43,856 nt of DNA from Candidatus Altiarchaeota archaeon (GCA_018897475.1 JAHIKS010000093.1:1-43856), one strand, 5' to 3'; positions 9,476 through 19,479 are shown, counted from the stretch's first letter. The notes: generated by a model not told the origin, from the sequence alone. Translations and numbers: made by a program.

Positions 9476-10891
9476 ATGGAGAAGCTGGATAAGATACTCA
9501 TCATAGGCTCCGGGCCGATACAGATTGGGCAGGCTGCGGAATTCGACTACAGTGGGAGCCAAGCCTGCCTCTCGCTGAGAGAGGAGGGAAAGACGGTAGT
9601 TCTTGTGAATTCAAACCCCGCCACAATAATGACGGAGCCGGACATTGCAGACATAATCTATATCGAGCCCCTCATCCCCGAGGTGGTTGCTAAGATTATA
9701 GCAAAGGAGAAGCCCGACGGGGTTCTGCCCACGATGGGGGGACAGACCGGCCTGAACCTTGCTTCTGCTCTGGCTGTCATGGGCGTCTTTGACAAGCACA
9801 ATGTAAAGGTTCTTGGAACGCCCATAGAGGCCATAAAGAACGGCGAGGACAGGGACTCATTTGCTAACCTTATGAGGGGGATTAATGAACCAGTGCCCCC
9901 AAGCAAGGCGGTAAATTCGTTCATTGAAGCGAAAGAGGCAGCGGATGAGATTGGCTATCCCGTCATTGTCAGGCCCGCCTACACTCTTGGCGGAGGAGGG
10001 GGCGGCATCGCTGAAAATGAGGAGGAGCTCGGGAGGATAGCGAGACACGGCCTGCAGCTGAGTATGATAAACCAGGTTCTGATTGAGCAGTCGCTCATCG
10101 GCTGGTATGAGTTCGAGTACGAGGTGATGAGAGATTCCGCAGATAACTGTATAACCATATGCTCGATGGAAAACATCGATCCAATGGGTATCCATACCGG
10201 TGAGAGCATAGTCGTTGCTCCAGCCCAAACGCTGAGCGATGTGGACAACCAGATGCTCAGGAGCGCTTCTTTAAAGATTATAAGGGCTCTGGGTGTTGAA
10301 GGGGGCTGCAACATACAGTTTGCCCTGCATCCCGAAACCAGGGAGTATATGGTGATAGAGGTCAATCCCCGGGTTTCAAGATCCTCTGCCTTGGCTTCCA
10401 AGGCAACCGGCTATCCAATAGCGAGAGTCGCAGCAAAGGTTGCCATAGGAAAAACGCTGGACGAGATTCCGAACGAGGTTACCAAGAAGACACCCTCTTC
10501 TTTCGAGCCGTCAATAGACTATATCGTGCTGAAGATCCCGAGATGGCCCTTTGACAAGTTCAGGGACATTGACAGAACAATAGAGACGCAGATGAAAGCC
10601 ACTGGAGAGGTTATGTCCATAGGCAGAACATTCGAGGAGGCGCTGCAGAAGGCGATAAATTCCCTAGACATAGGAAGAGTGGGACTCGGCGGCATGGGCG
10701 AAGAGGACATTGACAGGATTAAGGCAAAGATTGAGGTCCCCAACGACGAGAGGCTTTTCTACATCGTTGATGGCTTCAAGGCAGGGATGACTGTCGATGA
10801 GATTAACCAGCTTTCCCACATCAGCCCATTCTTCCTGGAGAAGATTAAGGGGCTGGTTGATGTTGCTAAGAAGTTCAAAATTGCTATTTAA
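9476..10891 (+). CDS. carB: Carbamoyl-phosphate synthase large subunit, N-terminal portion only (471 aa)
   Basis: '[25 protein letters not shown]', '[19 protein letters not shown]' and '[23 protein letters not shown]' are hallmark CarB N-terminal ATP-grasp motifs. The ORF ends at '...[23 protein letters not shown]', inside what is the oligomerisation domain of full-length (~1050-1100 aa) CarB. Confidence 0.85.
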   Translation: MEKLDKILIIGSGPIQIGQAAEFDYSGSQACLSLREEGKTVVLVNSNPATIMTEPDIADIIYIEPLIPEVVAKIIAKEKPDGVLPTMGGQTGLNLASALAVMGVFDKHNVKVLGTPIEAIKNGEDRDSFANLMRGINEPVPPSKAVNSFIEAKEAADEIGYPVIVRPAYTLGGGGGGIAENEEELGRIARHGLQLSMINQVLIEQSLIGWYEFEYEVMRDSADNCITICSMENIDPMGIHTGESIVVAPAQTLSDVDNQMLRSASLKIIRALGVEGGCNIQFALHPETREYMVIEVNPRVSRSSALASKATGYPIARVAAKVAIGKTLDEIPNEVTKKTPSSFEPSIDYIVLKIPRWPFDKFRDIDRTIETQMKATGEVMSIGRTFEEALQKAINSLDIGRVGLGGMGEEDIDRIKAKIEVPNDERLFYIVDGFKAGMTVDEINQLSHISPFFLEKIKGLVDVAKKFKIAI

Positions 10892-10950
10892 CGCCTTGTT
10901 CTGAAAATATTATACGCGAGGTTGCTGTTCACCATAGCGAATTTGTATTA

Positions 10951-11140
10951 TATAGCGGGGTTGAGCAGCCAGGAGTGCTCGTCGGACGTATAGAGGTGTT
11001 AAACATGCTCGTGCGGGCGAAGCTCATATGAGGGTTTAAACCAATCGTGAGAAAAAGCGCTTCTGAGAGACCCGAAGGTCCGAGGTTCAAAATAAGATAA
11101 GGTGAAAGCCATATTTTAGGAAAATCCTCGCCCCGCTATA
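10951..11140. other. ~190-bp element bounded by a perfect 10-bp inverted repeat (candidate structured ncRNA or MITE-like element)
   Basis: TATAGCGGGG (10951-10960) is the exact reverse complement of CCCCGCTATA (11131-11140). The interior looks GC-richer than the AT-rich flanks. An AT-rich TATA-like tract lies upstream (10904-10914) and a T5CT5 tract immediately downstream. Confidence 0.35.
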
Positions 11141-11151
11141 TTTTTCTTTTT
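11141..11151 (+). terminator. Oligo-T tract (TTTTTCTTTTT), archaeal terminator-like
   Basis: It directly follows the right arm of the inverted repeat. The same TTTTTCTTTT signal directly follows the bona fide tRNA-Arg at 27905-27914. Confidence 0.4.
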
Positions 11152-11241
11152 ATTTAACTGGATTTATGCTTGTTTCGCTTAGTTAAACCCGCTACTTTTT
11201 TATTATACCCGCTATTTATGGATTGAATAAGATATATAACT

Positions 11242-12021
11242 ATGAAGAATGGTGATTACACGCAAGAGGAAGATGTCATTATCACAAGAATGAGGTCAGA
11301 AGGGAATAAGAACCATGGGATCGCCCTAAGACTTGATAGAAGCCTGGATAGCATAAAGGGAAGGGCTCGATACCTGATAAAGAAGGGATTAATAAAATCA
11401 CGGGGTACAGCTAATGGTAGGTATCCGGAAGGTCGAAAATTGCGCAAATGGACAGATGAAGATATCAAGAAATTTAAGCAATTAAGAGGTTCTGGAAAAC
11501 CGTATGCAGAGATTGCTAAAGAACTTGGTAGAACGGTTGATGCCATACAGCAAACTGCTATTAGATTGATGAGGAAGGATGATACTCTATCCAGCCGAAA
11601 TACTCCAACGGATACAAAAATCTATAATCTTAACTCAGAGTTGGCCAAAATAGGCCTTATGTTGTGGTGGGCCGAAGGAACAAAGGGAGGACACAGTGTT
11701 CAGTTTGTTAATTCCTCTCCAGACATGATTAAAGTCTACATGCGTTTCTTGCGCGAGATTGGTGCAGATATCAGCAGATTGAGAGTAAGGATTAAGGTCA
11801 TGAACTCGTCGCAGGTTGAAGAATGTCAAGGGTACTGGTCAAAGGTAGCAAAAATACCAATAAATAACTTTACGAAACCAATAGTTCGAGGTAAAAAGAT
11901 AGATGATGCCTACAAAGAGCATAAGGGATGTCTCACCATAACATACTTCTCAAGCAATCTCAAGAGGCAGATGGAAGCGAAGATAGATGAGATTAAGGAG
12001 GAGATATTGAAACAAAGTTAG
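11242..12021 (+). CDS. Hypothetical protein: two Myb/SANT-like HTH repeats fused to a LAGLIDADG-like domain
   Basis: Two similar ~45-aa repeats: 'YTQEEDVIITRMRSEG.KNHGIALRLDRSLDSIKGRARYL' and 'WTDEDIKKFKQLRGSGKPYAEIAKELGRTVDAIQQTAIRL'. The C-terminal part, 'LAKIGLMLWWAEGTKGG.SVQFVNSSPDMIKVYMRFLREIG', resembles a single LAGLIDADG motif plus the following beta strands. Confidence 0.45.
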   Translation: MKNGDYTQEEDVIITRMRSEGNKNHGIALRLDRSLDSIKGRARYLIKKGLIKSRGTANGRYPEGRKLRKWTDEDIKKFKQLRGSGKPYAEIAKELGRTVDAIQQTAIRLMRKDDTLSSRNTPTDTKIYNLNSELAKIGLMLWWAEGTKGGHSVQFVNSSPDMIKVYMRFLREIGADISRLRVRIKVMNSSQVEECQGYWSKVAKIPINNFTKPIVRGKKIDDAYKEHKGCLTITYFSSNLKRQMEAKIDEIKEEILKQS

Positions 12022-12024
12022 ACA

Positions 12025-12819
12025 CTACAAAACCATCAAGCTAACCCCAAACCCCACAATCAGCCCCGCGCAGATTGGGGGCAATGCTGGAAGAGCGCAC
12101 TCCTTCTTGTTCAGGATGTAGACGAAGAGAAGAGCTATGCCGATTAATCCCCCGGCTGCTGTAATAATGGCGTTCGTGAAGGAGTAATCTCTCAGCACAG
12201 AGACCGAGAAGATGAGTGGAACTGCCAGGTCTCCTGTTCCAAGACCGAGGAACCTGTCGCCGAAAGGGATTGCGAACATCAGCGGTATTTTATCCTTTGC
12301 TCCCTCAGCCAGGGTTATCATGTGCTTCGTGCCGAATACAGCAACGAGGTCGTAGGCTGAGAGGATTAGGATGAGTATGAGAGCAGGAATGAATGCGATT
12401 GAGGACCCAAAGAGCGCCCCGATGCCCGGAATCGTGAAGATAAGGACTATGTTCATGACTGCCGGGTTCTTGCTCTTCCAGATTGAGAGGATAAAGAGAG
12501 CTGCCGCCAGAAGCAGGCCAATAACGCCGAATAGAAACCAGAGCGTGAAGGAAAGACCGATTAGCAGAAAAAAGAACGACATGATTCTTATGATAAAATA
12601 GAGCCCGAATTTCAGCAGCAGGAGAAGTATTCCTGTCCCGATGAGGATGTAGACGAAGATGGTCAATGAGGTGAGGGGGTTTTCTGGTTCCTCTACCACA
12701 GGGAGAATCTCCCCAGACTCTATCTTCTCTATCAGCTCGTGGCCTATCTGCAGGCCCATCAGCTGAATGGAAACATAAAGAAGGATTATCAGTATCAGAG
12801 GCTCGTATTTCATTCTCAT
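12025..12819 (-). CDS. Presenilin/signal-peptide-peptidase-family (A22) intramembrane aspartyl protease homologue
   Basis: Polytopic membrane ORF with the family triad in order: 'YD' (LSAYDLVAVF), 'GxGD' (GLGTGDLAVP) and 'PAL' (LPALPPI). Its ATG overlaps the mcm stop in an ATGA (12816-12819). Confidence 0.75.
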   Translation of the reverse strand: MRMKYEPLILIILLYVSIQLMGLQIGHELIEKIESGEILPVVEEPENPLTSLTIFVYILIGTGILLLLLKFGLYFIIRIMSFFFLLIGLSFTLWFLFGVIGLLLAAALFILSIWKSKNPAVMNIVLIFTIPGIGALFGSSIAFIPALILILILSAYDLVAVFGTKHMITLAEGAKDKIPLMFAIPFGDRFLGLGTGDLAVPLIFSVSVLRDYSFTNAIITAAGGLIGIALLFVYILNKKECALPALPPICAGLIVGFGVSLMVL

Positions 12820-14840
12820 CTATGTTCTGTGAACATGAACCTGCCGTGCCTTGGCTCATATATTATTCCCTTATTTTTCAGCTCATTTATTATCTTCTCT
12901 GCCTTGAACTTGTCTATCTCCTTGCCTTCTGCCTCTCTCAGAACGTCATCCATATGAGCAGAGCCGTCGCCGCTTTCGGCAAGAAGCCCCCTTATGATGT
13001 CCTCCATCAGCTTTATCTTGTCCCTGTCTGATTTTGGATATTCCGCGCCGATTCTGTCGATGTCTATCTCTCCTGTTGCGGCATCATAGGCAACTTCCCT
13101 CAACACAAAGTTTGTGAGCCTTATTGCCCTGTCCGCGTCGCTGACCGTTACCGTATCACTCAACCTTATCTTTGCTGATGCCTCTGCCAGCCTTACCAGT
13201 GCTTCCAGTTGCCTTGGGGTTGCCCTTACTGTTTCCTGGCTCCCGCCCCTCAAATCCACATAGTACGCCTTTATCTTCTCCGCCGCATCATCTGTCATGA
13301 CGGGACGTATGTTCTTGCGTGAATATGCTATGTACTTCATGAACAGTTCCGTGTTGATCGCCGGCTGTATTTCTGCGGCTTCCTCCGGCGTCTTGTGCAT
13401 CTTGAGCATGTGGTCTGCTATCTCTGCGTCCTTCTCCTTGTCGACTATGTCGCGGATTGGGAAAATGAGGTCAAATCTGCTTAGTAGGGTTGGGGGGATA
13501 TCGAACTGCTCGCCCAGCGGCTTGTAGCTGTCAAACCTGCTGAATTTTGGATTCGATGCTGCAAGGACCGCAGTATTTGCAATGAATCGTGTAACCATCC
13601 CTGCCTTCGCCACTGAGATTGTCTGCTGCTCCATTGCCTCGTGCATAGCACTTCTGTCTTCCTTGTCCATCTTGTCGAACTCGTCGATGCAAACCACGCC
13701 GCCCCCGGCCAACACAAGGGCCCCTGCCTTCAGGGTCCATCCACCCTCACCGAAGTCGTCCTTCTCTGCCGTGGCTGTGAGACCCGCCCCGGTTGTGCCT
13801 TTGCCGGTAACATAGATGCTCTTTGGTGCTACCTGGTTAACATACTGGAGAAGTCTCGACTTTGCAACTCCGGGGTCTCCCACAAGGAGCAGATGTATAT
13901 CGGGTCTTAGTGCGGTTCCATCTGGAAGCCTCTTCCTTCCCCTTCCGCCAAAGAGCTGTAATGCGATGGCTTCCTTGACCTCGTTGTAGCCCCAGATTCC
14001 GGGGGCGATTGATGCTATTACATGGTCATGAATCTTGGGGTCCTTGGCAAGCTTCTTAATCTCCCTCTCTTCTTTCTTGCTAATTTCAATGTCCTCGAAC
14101 TCCCTGGCTATTCCCTCGATGTTGTTGCCTTCAATATATTTGAGGTAGACCGAACCGCCTTTCTTCGGGGGGAGGAGTCTCATGATGCCGGTAACTACAA
14201 CCCGGTCTCCTGCACAGACCGCATCGGTCAAATCATCCTCCACCCACACCTCTATCCTTCTCGCTTCCGCCCCTCCCTTGAGCATCTCCAGGGGCTCCTG
14301 AATCTCCAGCTTCTGAATGTCTGTAAGTTTTGACTCCTCAGGTACAAAACGAAATTCCCGTCTTTTACAGTTATTGCAGAACGGGGGCTGCTGCAGAAAT
14401 CTTGTCACCTGCGGCTCATCGTGCGATTCATTGCATTTGTTGCAGTAGAATCTGCCGATTTCAATCTTCGGGAAGATATCGGTAATCTTGTTCACGAGGC
14501 CATCGAGGGCCATCATAGCCCCTACATTTTTGGACCTGAGTTCTCTAACGAGAATAGTATAGCCCTTCTCCTTGGGGATGTTATAGAAACGGACGTTTAT
14601 CCTGAGGTCGTCCATTAGTTCTGGCGCAACCGAGATTTTTTCCTTCAGAAAAGTCTGGAGGATTTCTAGTGTATCGTCGGGTTTCGCGATGAGCCCCTCA
14701 GCAAGCCCGTGGTCGAATTTCTCAAGCTCTTCGTAATTGATGAGGAGGCTTTTTACTTCAGGGTAAATCTCAGCAACCTTGTTTATGTCATTGGACTTCT
14801 TGTTCAGAAACTCTCCGAGTTTCTCGCTGGCTTTTTCCAT
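12816..14840 (-). CDS. mcm: Minichromosome maintenance (MCM) replicative helicase
   Basis: 674 aa. Zn motif 'CNKCNES...CNNCKRR', Walker A 'LLVGDPGVAKS', Walker B 'VVCIDEFDKM', arginine finger 'SRFDLIF', and a C-terminal winged-helix region. Confidence 0.95.
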   Translation of the reverse strand: MEKASEKLGEFLNKKSNDINKVAEIYPEVKSLLINYEELEKFDHGLAEGLIAKPDDTLEILQTFLKEKISVAPELMDDLRINVRFYNIPKEKGYTILVRELRSKNVGAMMALDGLVNKITDIFPKIEIGRFYCNKCNESHDEPQVTRFLQQPPFCNNCKRREFRFVPEESKLTDIQKLEIQEPLEMLKGGAEARRIEVWVEDDLTDAVCAGDRVVVTGIMRLLPPKKGGSVYLKYIEGNNIEGIAREFEDIEISKKEEREIKKLAKDPKIHDHVIASIAPGIWGYNEVKEAIALQLFGGRGRKRLPDGTALRPDIHLLLVGDPGVAKSRLLQYVNQVAPKSIYVTGKGTTGAGLTATAEKDDFGEGGWTLKAGALVLAGGGVVCIDEFDKMDKEDRSAMHEAMEQQTISVAKAGMVTRFIANTAVLAASNPKFSRFDSYKPLGEQFDIPPTLLSRFDLIFPIRDIVDKEKDAEIADHMLKMHKTPEEAAEIQPAINTELFMKYIAYSRKNIRPVMTDDAAEKIKAYYVDLRGGSQETVRATPRQLEALVRLAEASAKIRLSDTVTVSDADRAIRLTNFVLREVAYDAATGEIDIDRIGAEYPKSDRDKIKLMEDIIRGLLAESGDGSAHMDDVLREAEGKEIDKFKAEKIINELKNKGIIYEPRHGRFMFTEHR

Positions 14841-14987
14841 CTTGCTGAAATTTCAGGAGGATTAAGATAATAGGGTCACTTGGTAAAAAGGCAATTCAGA
14901 GTTCCCTGGGGTTTTCATCCTTGTAGACAATTGTCGATTTTTATCCAAGTAGGTATTTATACATCTGCGGATAATTAATGCTATGAA

Positions 14988-15686
14988 TTGGACTCCAAAA
15001 GCGAAATTACAAGAAAAATAGCCGGCGAGATTGTGCTGGCAGATGCGCCAGGGAAGTCGATGAGGAAGTGGCGCGAGATCTTCGGTATCAAGCAAAATAG
15101 CCTTGCGCAAAAGCTTGGGATCTCAGCCTCGGTAATCTCGGACTACGAGTCCGGGAGGAGGAAATCCCCCGGTATTGGATTCGTAAGGAGGTTCATAAAC
15201 GCTTTGATTCAGGAGGACATTAAGGGCAGAGGGGGGTTAACTAAGATGCTCTCCCCAACCAAGAAATCGGAGGCAATTCTCGACCTGCGGGAATTCTTGA
15301 CTCCGCTCCCAATAAAAAAGTTTATAAAGGCGGTAGATGGCAGAGTCATTGTAAGGGGAAATATGAAGGGAAGTGCAATATGGGGGTATACCGTTATTGA
15401 TTCGATAAAGGCAATACTTGAGCTCTCCGAGACGGATTTCATGGACCTCTATGGAGCAAACACGGAAAGAGCGTTAGTATTCACAAAGGTTCATACGGGA
15501 AGGTCACCTATGATAGCGATAAAGGTAACCTCGCCTAAGCCCTCGTTGGTAATACTCCACGGCCTGAAGGCCGGAAACGTGGACAAGCTAGCGGCGGGAA
15601 TAGCAAAGAATGAGGACATACCACTTGTCGTTTCGAATATTGACTCAGAGGAGGAATTGACTAATAAACTGAGAAAGCTCGCATAA
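14988..15686 (+). CDS. XRE-type HTH transcriptional regulator with C-terminal domain of unknown function
   Basis: HTH_3-like '[37 protein letters not shown]'. The start is TTG-called and uncertain. It lies directly upstream of the mevalonate-entry operon. Confidence 0.6.
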   Translation: MDSKSEITRKIAGEIVLADAPGKSMRKWREIFGIKQNSLAQKLGISASVISDYESGRRKSPGIGFVRRFINALIQEDIKGRGGLTKMLSPTKKSEAILDLREFLTPLPIKKFIKAVDGRVIVRGNMKGSAIWGYTVIDSIKAILELSETDFMDLYGANTERALVFTKVHTGRSPMIAIKVTSPKPSLVILHGLKAGNVDKLAAGIAKNEDIPLVVSNIDSEEELTNKLRKLA

Positions 15687-15687
15687 A

Positions 15688-16740
15688 ATGGCTGTTGGAA
15701 TTGTTGGCTATGGCACATATCTCCCGAAGTACAGGATAAAGGCAGAGGAGATTGCAAGAGTATGGGGCAAAGACCCGGAAGCTATGAAGAAGGGTCTTGG
15801 AATTTATGAGAAGACGGTCCCTAACCTGGATGAGGATGCTGCAACTATTGCTGTTGAAGCAGCCAGAAGTGCGCTGAGGCATTCTGGAATTAAGCCGGCA
15901 GATATAGGGGCAATCTATGTAGGCTCTGAGTCACATCCCTATGCAGTAAAGCCAACTGCGACTATTGTGGGGGCCGCCATAGAGGCAACCCCCGAATTGA
16001 CTGCTGCAGACCTTGAATTCGCATGTAAGGCAGGGACTGCAGCAATTCAATGCTGCATGGGTCTGGTCGAGGCAGGAAGGATTAAATATGGATTAGCAAT
16101 CGGCTCTGATACGTCACAGGGAATGCCCGGAGACGTATTAGAGTATACGGCCTCAGCAGGGGGTGCTGCTTTCATTATAGGAGAGAGAAATCTGATTGCG
16201 CAAATCAAAGACACCTATTCCTTTACCACAGACACGCCGGACTTCTGGAGGAGGGAGGGCCAAGAATTCCCGAGGCACGGGGCAAGGTTTACCGGAGAGC
16301 CAGCCTACTTCAAGCACGTAATTAATTGCTCGAATAAAATAATGGAAAGGAATGAACTGAAACCAAAAGACTTCCAGTATGCTGTGTTTCATCAGCCCAA
16401 TGGAAGATTCCCGGTAAAGGCTGCAAAACTACTTGGCTTCGACCAGGAACAGATAAAGCTGGGGTTGTTGACGCCCTGGATCGGTAATACCTATTCCGGA
16501 TCCACTCCGCTGGGCCTTGCGAGAATTCTCGACGAGGCGAAGGGGGGCGATTTGATTCTTGCCACGTCCTATGGCTCTGGTGCGGGCTCAGATTCATTCA
16601 TAATTGAGGTAACAAAGGAGAATGAAAGGAGGAGGAACCCAACGCCGCTCCAGTGTTTCATAGACAGGAAGGAGTACGTTGATTATGCGATATATGCAAA
16701 GCTGAAGGGTAAGATTAAGGGGGTTGTTCTGGAGAAATGA
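15688..16740 (+). CDS. Hydroxymethylglutaryl-CoA synthase (archaeal type)
   Basis: 350 aa. '[14 protein letters not shown]', '[12 protein letters not shown]', catalytic Cys context '[11 protein letters not shown]', and 'FHQPNGRFP'. Its TGA overlaps the next ATG (16737-16740). Confidence 0.9.
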   Translation: MAVGIVGYGTYLPKYRIKAEEIARVWGKDPEAMKKGLGIYEKTVPNLDEDAATIAVEAARSALRHSGIKPADIGAIYVGSESHPYAVKPTATIVGAAIEATPELTAADLEFACKAGTAAIQCCMGLVEAGRIKYGLAIGSDTSQGMPGDVLEYTASAGGAAFIIGERNLIAQIKDTYSFTTDTPDFWRREGQEFPRHGARFTGEPAYFKHVINCSNKIMERNELKPKDFQYAVFHQPNGRFPVKAAKLLGFDQEQIKLGLLTPWIGNTYSGSTPLGLARILDEAKGGDLILATSYGSGAGSDSFIIEVTKENERRRNPTPLQCFIDRKEYVDYAIYAKLKGKIKGVVLEK

Positions 16741-17903
16741 GTTCAAAGGTCGGGATTATAGGCGTCGGTATGACAAAGTTCGGCGAGCTCTGGGATAGGA
16801 GATACAGAGACTTGATTGTCGATGCGGGGGTCGATGCAATCAAGGATGCAGGGATTGAAGGAAATCAGATTGGGGGTATGTATGTGGGCTCCATGTCACC
16901 GGGCCTTTTTGCCGAACAGGAACATGTTTCGGCTTTGGTTGCTGACTATTCGGGGCTTGCTGGAATTCCCGCCACCAGAGTAGAGGCCGCATGTGCCTCT
17001 GGGGGCGTTGCATTGAGAGAGGCCTATCTAGCGGTTAAATCCGGCGAGATGGATATCGTTGTCGCTGGCGGGGTTGAGAAGATGACCGATGTCCCTACAG
17101 GCTCTGCTGCTGTCGCTCTTATGGGAGCAGGCGACCAGGAGTGGGAGGCCTTTAAGGGAGCGACCTTCCCGAGTTTGTATGCATTGATGGCAAGGAGGCA
17201 TATGGTTGAGTATGGCACCACTATTGAGCAGATTTCCCAGGTGGCTGTTAAGAGCCACGATAATGCCTCGCTTAACGAGAATGCTCACTACGGCTTCAAG
17301 GTCACTCTAGAGCAGGTCATGAATTCAAGCATGGTTGCCGACCCCTTGAGAATTCTTCATTGTTCTGGAATTACTGACGGCGCAGCGACGGTAATTCTTG
17401 CATCTGAAGAGAAGGCCAAGGAGCTGGTTGATGACCCGGTATGGATTAAAGCATCGGCCCTGGCTACCGACACCATAGCGCTACATGACAGGAAGTCTCT
17501 ATCGAAAACTGAAGCCACGGTTCTTGCTGCAAGGAAGGCCTACAAAGATGCAGAAATCAAACCAGAAGACGTTGATTTTGCAGAGGTCCATGACGCCTTT
17601 TCCATTGCCGAGATTCTAGCAATAGAGGCATTGGATTTCTGTGATTTTGGAGAGGGTGGGAAGCTGACGCAACAGGGGGAGACGGCGCTTAAGGGCAGAA
17701 TTCCCATCAACCCCTCGGGCGGGCTGAAAGGAAAGGGTCACCCTGTCGGAGCCACAGGAATCGCCCAGGCAATCGAGGCGGTGCTGCAGATAAGAGGTAA
17801 GGCCGGGGACAGGCAGGTCAAGGGTGCTGAAACGGGTTTGATTCACAATGTTGGTGGCTCGGGGGCCACCTGTGTTATTCATATATTGAGCATGGAAAAA
17901 TGA
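16737..17903 (+). CDS. Acetyl-CoA C-acetyltransferase (archaeal thiolase)
   Basis: 388 aa. Active-site Cys context '[13 protein letters not shown]' and C-terminal '[17 protein letters not shown]' and 'NVGGSGAT'. ATGA overlap with the downstream DUF35 gene (17900-17903). Confidence 0.9.
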   Translation: MSSKVGIIGVGMTKFGELWDRRYRDLIVDAGVDAIKDAGIEGNQIGGMYVGSMSPGLFAEQEHVSALVADYSGLAGIPATRVEAACASGGVALREAYLAVKSGEMDIVVAGGVEKMTDVPTGSAAVALMGAGDQEWEAFKGATFPSLYALMARRHMVEYGTTIEQISQVAVKSHDNASLNENAHYGFKVTLEQVMNSSMVADPLRILHCSGITDGAATVILASEEKAKELVDDPVWIKASALATDTIALHDRKSLSKTEATVLAARKAYKDAEIKPEDVDFAEVHDAFSIAEILAIEALDFCDFGEGGKLTQQGETALKGRIPINPSGGLKGKGHPVGATGIAQAIEAVLQIRGKAGDRQVKGAETGLIHNVGGSGATCVIHILSMEK

Positions 17904-18301
17904 CAAAGGGTTTGGCGACGCACTGGAGGCTGATGCCACAGAGGTACAACCTGATTGGAACCCACTGCAAGAATTGCAAGAGTAAGTTCTTCCCGCAGAG
18001 GAAGATATGCCCCAAGTGCAGGAGAACCGGAAGTATCGAGGAGTTCAAGTTCTCAGGTAAAGGGGAGATTTACAGCTACACGACTGTCTGCGCCCCGCCA
18101 CAGGGCTTTGAGTATCAGGCACCCTACGTCCTGGCCATAGTGAAGATGAAAGAGGGGCCGTTCATTACAGCACAGATTGTCGACTGTAAGCCTGAAGAGA
18201 TCGAGATTGGTAAGAAGGTCGAGACCGTGTTCAGGAAGGTTATTGCCGATGGGAGCTCAGGAATAATAAGGTATGGGTATAAGTTTAAACTGAGGGACTG
18301 A
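17900..18301 (+). CDS. DUF35 OB-fold/zinc-ribbon protein (scaffold of the archaeal thiolase/HMG-CoA synthase complex)
   Basis: 133 aa. Rubredoxin-like 'CKNCKSKFFPQRKICPKCRR' followed by an OB-fold segment. This is the conserved third gene of this archaeal operon. Confidence 0.85.
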   Translation: MTKGLATHWRLMPQRYNLIGTHCKNCKSKFFPQRKICPKCRRTGSIEEFKFSGKGEIYSYTTVCAPPQGFEYQAPYVLAIVKMKEGPFITAQIVDCKPEEIEIGKKVETVFRKVIADGSSGIIRYGYKFKLRD

Positions 18302-18303
18302 TC

Positions 18304-19479
18304 TCAAAAGGTACACACAACCCCATCCAGGCACATCTGCGTGACGTCGGTGACCTTCTCCAGCCACCTGTCGGTAATTTCTCTCGCCTTGTTCTCTATG
18401 CCCTTGTCCCCTATAATCTGGACCGATGCCATGAGTGGCTGGTCAATGGGCTTTCCAATCTGGCTCATTAGTCTGACATATACCTGCTCGGCTCCTTCCC
18501 CCGCTATCTCCTCTGCGATTTTGTTGGAGAGGATATTGTAGAGCTTGCCCACGTGGTTTACCGGGTTCTTTCCTGCCGTTGCCTCCATGGACATGGGCCT
18601 GTATGGAGTGATGAGGCCGTTGGCCCTGTTGCCCCTGCCCACGGAACCGTCGTCACCGTGCTCTGCAGAGGTTCCGGTAACAGTTAAAAAGAGCGAACCC
18701 TTCTCATAATCATCTCCTGTGTTTATATGAATTTCCACGTCCTTGTCTGTAATTCCTGCGATGAAGTCCTTGAGCTTTGTGTTCATGTCTCCGATTGCTG
18801 ACTTGTAGTGGTCGAGATCATCCAGATATTTTGAAACCATTGCAGCAGCAATAGTGAGGGTAATCTTGTCGTTGTTCCTGACGCCCATCACCTTGATGTC
18901 CTGCCCAACCTCTTTCATTCCCATCTTTCCAGTGATGTATTTCTCTGACTCAAGAACTAGTTTCTCCGTGAGAGACAGTGGAGCAAAGCTCACTCCAAAG
19001 GAGGTGTCGTTGGAATTTGGAACCCCCTTCTGCGCAAAGACGTGCCTGAGGTCCGAAGAGCCGTGACCCAGCTTCTCCTCAATCTCGACATGAGAGTTAA
19101 TGTCAATGTTTGGGAAATGCTCACTGATGTATTTTTTGGCTGCTTCTATTGCTATTGTTCCGACTGGAATCTCTTCATTCTCAACAATGGTGGTTGCCCG
19201 CCCGCTTAATAGTATGTATATGGGCCGTGTTATTTCTCCGGCGCCGAACTCGGGCTTTGCGCCGCCGCCAACAAGCTCCACCTGGTCGGTATTGTGGTGA
19301 AGAATCTCGTTGTGCCTTTGCATATACTCCTTCGAAAGGGCCCTTGAGATTGACTCTGCAATTCCGTCGCAGATGGAATCCGGGTGCCCTATACCCTTTC
19401 TTTCAACGAGCTCCACAGATTGTTTCTCCAGTGGGACCTCGTCAGGGAATTCAAGAACGATGTTTCTCATTTTAATCAA
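18304..19479 (-). CDS. metK: S-adenosylmethionine synthetase, archaeal type
   Basis: The N-terminus '[27 protein letters not shown]' is the hallmark of the archaeal MAT family. ~390 aa. Confidence 0.9.
   Translation of the reverse strand: MIKMRNIVLEFPDEVPLEKQSVELVERKGIGHPDSICDGIAESISRALSKEYMQRHNEILHHNTDQVELVGGGAKPEFGAGEITRPIYILLSGRATTIVENEEIPVGTIAIEAAKKYISEHFPNIDINSHVEIEEKLGHGSSDLRHVFAQKGVPNSNDTSFGVSFAPLSLTEKLVLESEKYITGKMGMKEVGQDIKVMGVRNNDKITLTIAAAMVSKYLDDLDHYKSAIGDMNTKLKDFIAGITDKDVEIHINTGDDYEKGSLFLTVTGTSAEHGDDGSVGRGNRANGLITPYRPMSMEATAGKNPVNHVGKLYNILSNKIAEEIAGEGAEQVYVRLMSQIGKPIDQPLMASVQIIGDKGIENKAREITDRWLEKVTDVTQMCLDGVVCTF

Noticed and set aside
11078-11095. tRNA-like T-loop string GGTTCAAAA.
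   Set aside because: No acceptor, D or anticodon arms can be drawn around it. The only cloverleaf in the window is tRNA-Arg at 27825-27899.
10951-11140. Identity as SRP (7S) RNA, RNase P RNA, a TPP riboswitch or a C/D-box sRNA.
   Set aside because: It lacks the SRP helix-8 GNAR/AGCA signature and the RNase P CR-I (GAGGAAAGUCC) and CR-V motifs. It lacks the TPP 'CUGGAUAAUGCCAGC'-type pyrophosphate-sensor arm, despite a CUGAGA. The GUGAGA...CUGA spacing lacks proper C/D and C'/D' box pairs. It is also too short for RNase P or SRP RNA.
14841-14987. Replication origin next to mcm.
   Set aside because: No ORB or mini-ORB-type inverted repeats, no pronounced AT-rich unwinding element and no orc1/cdc6 gene are adjacent.
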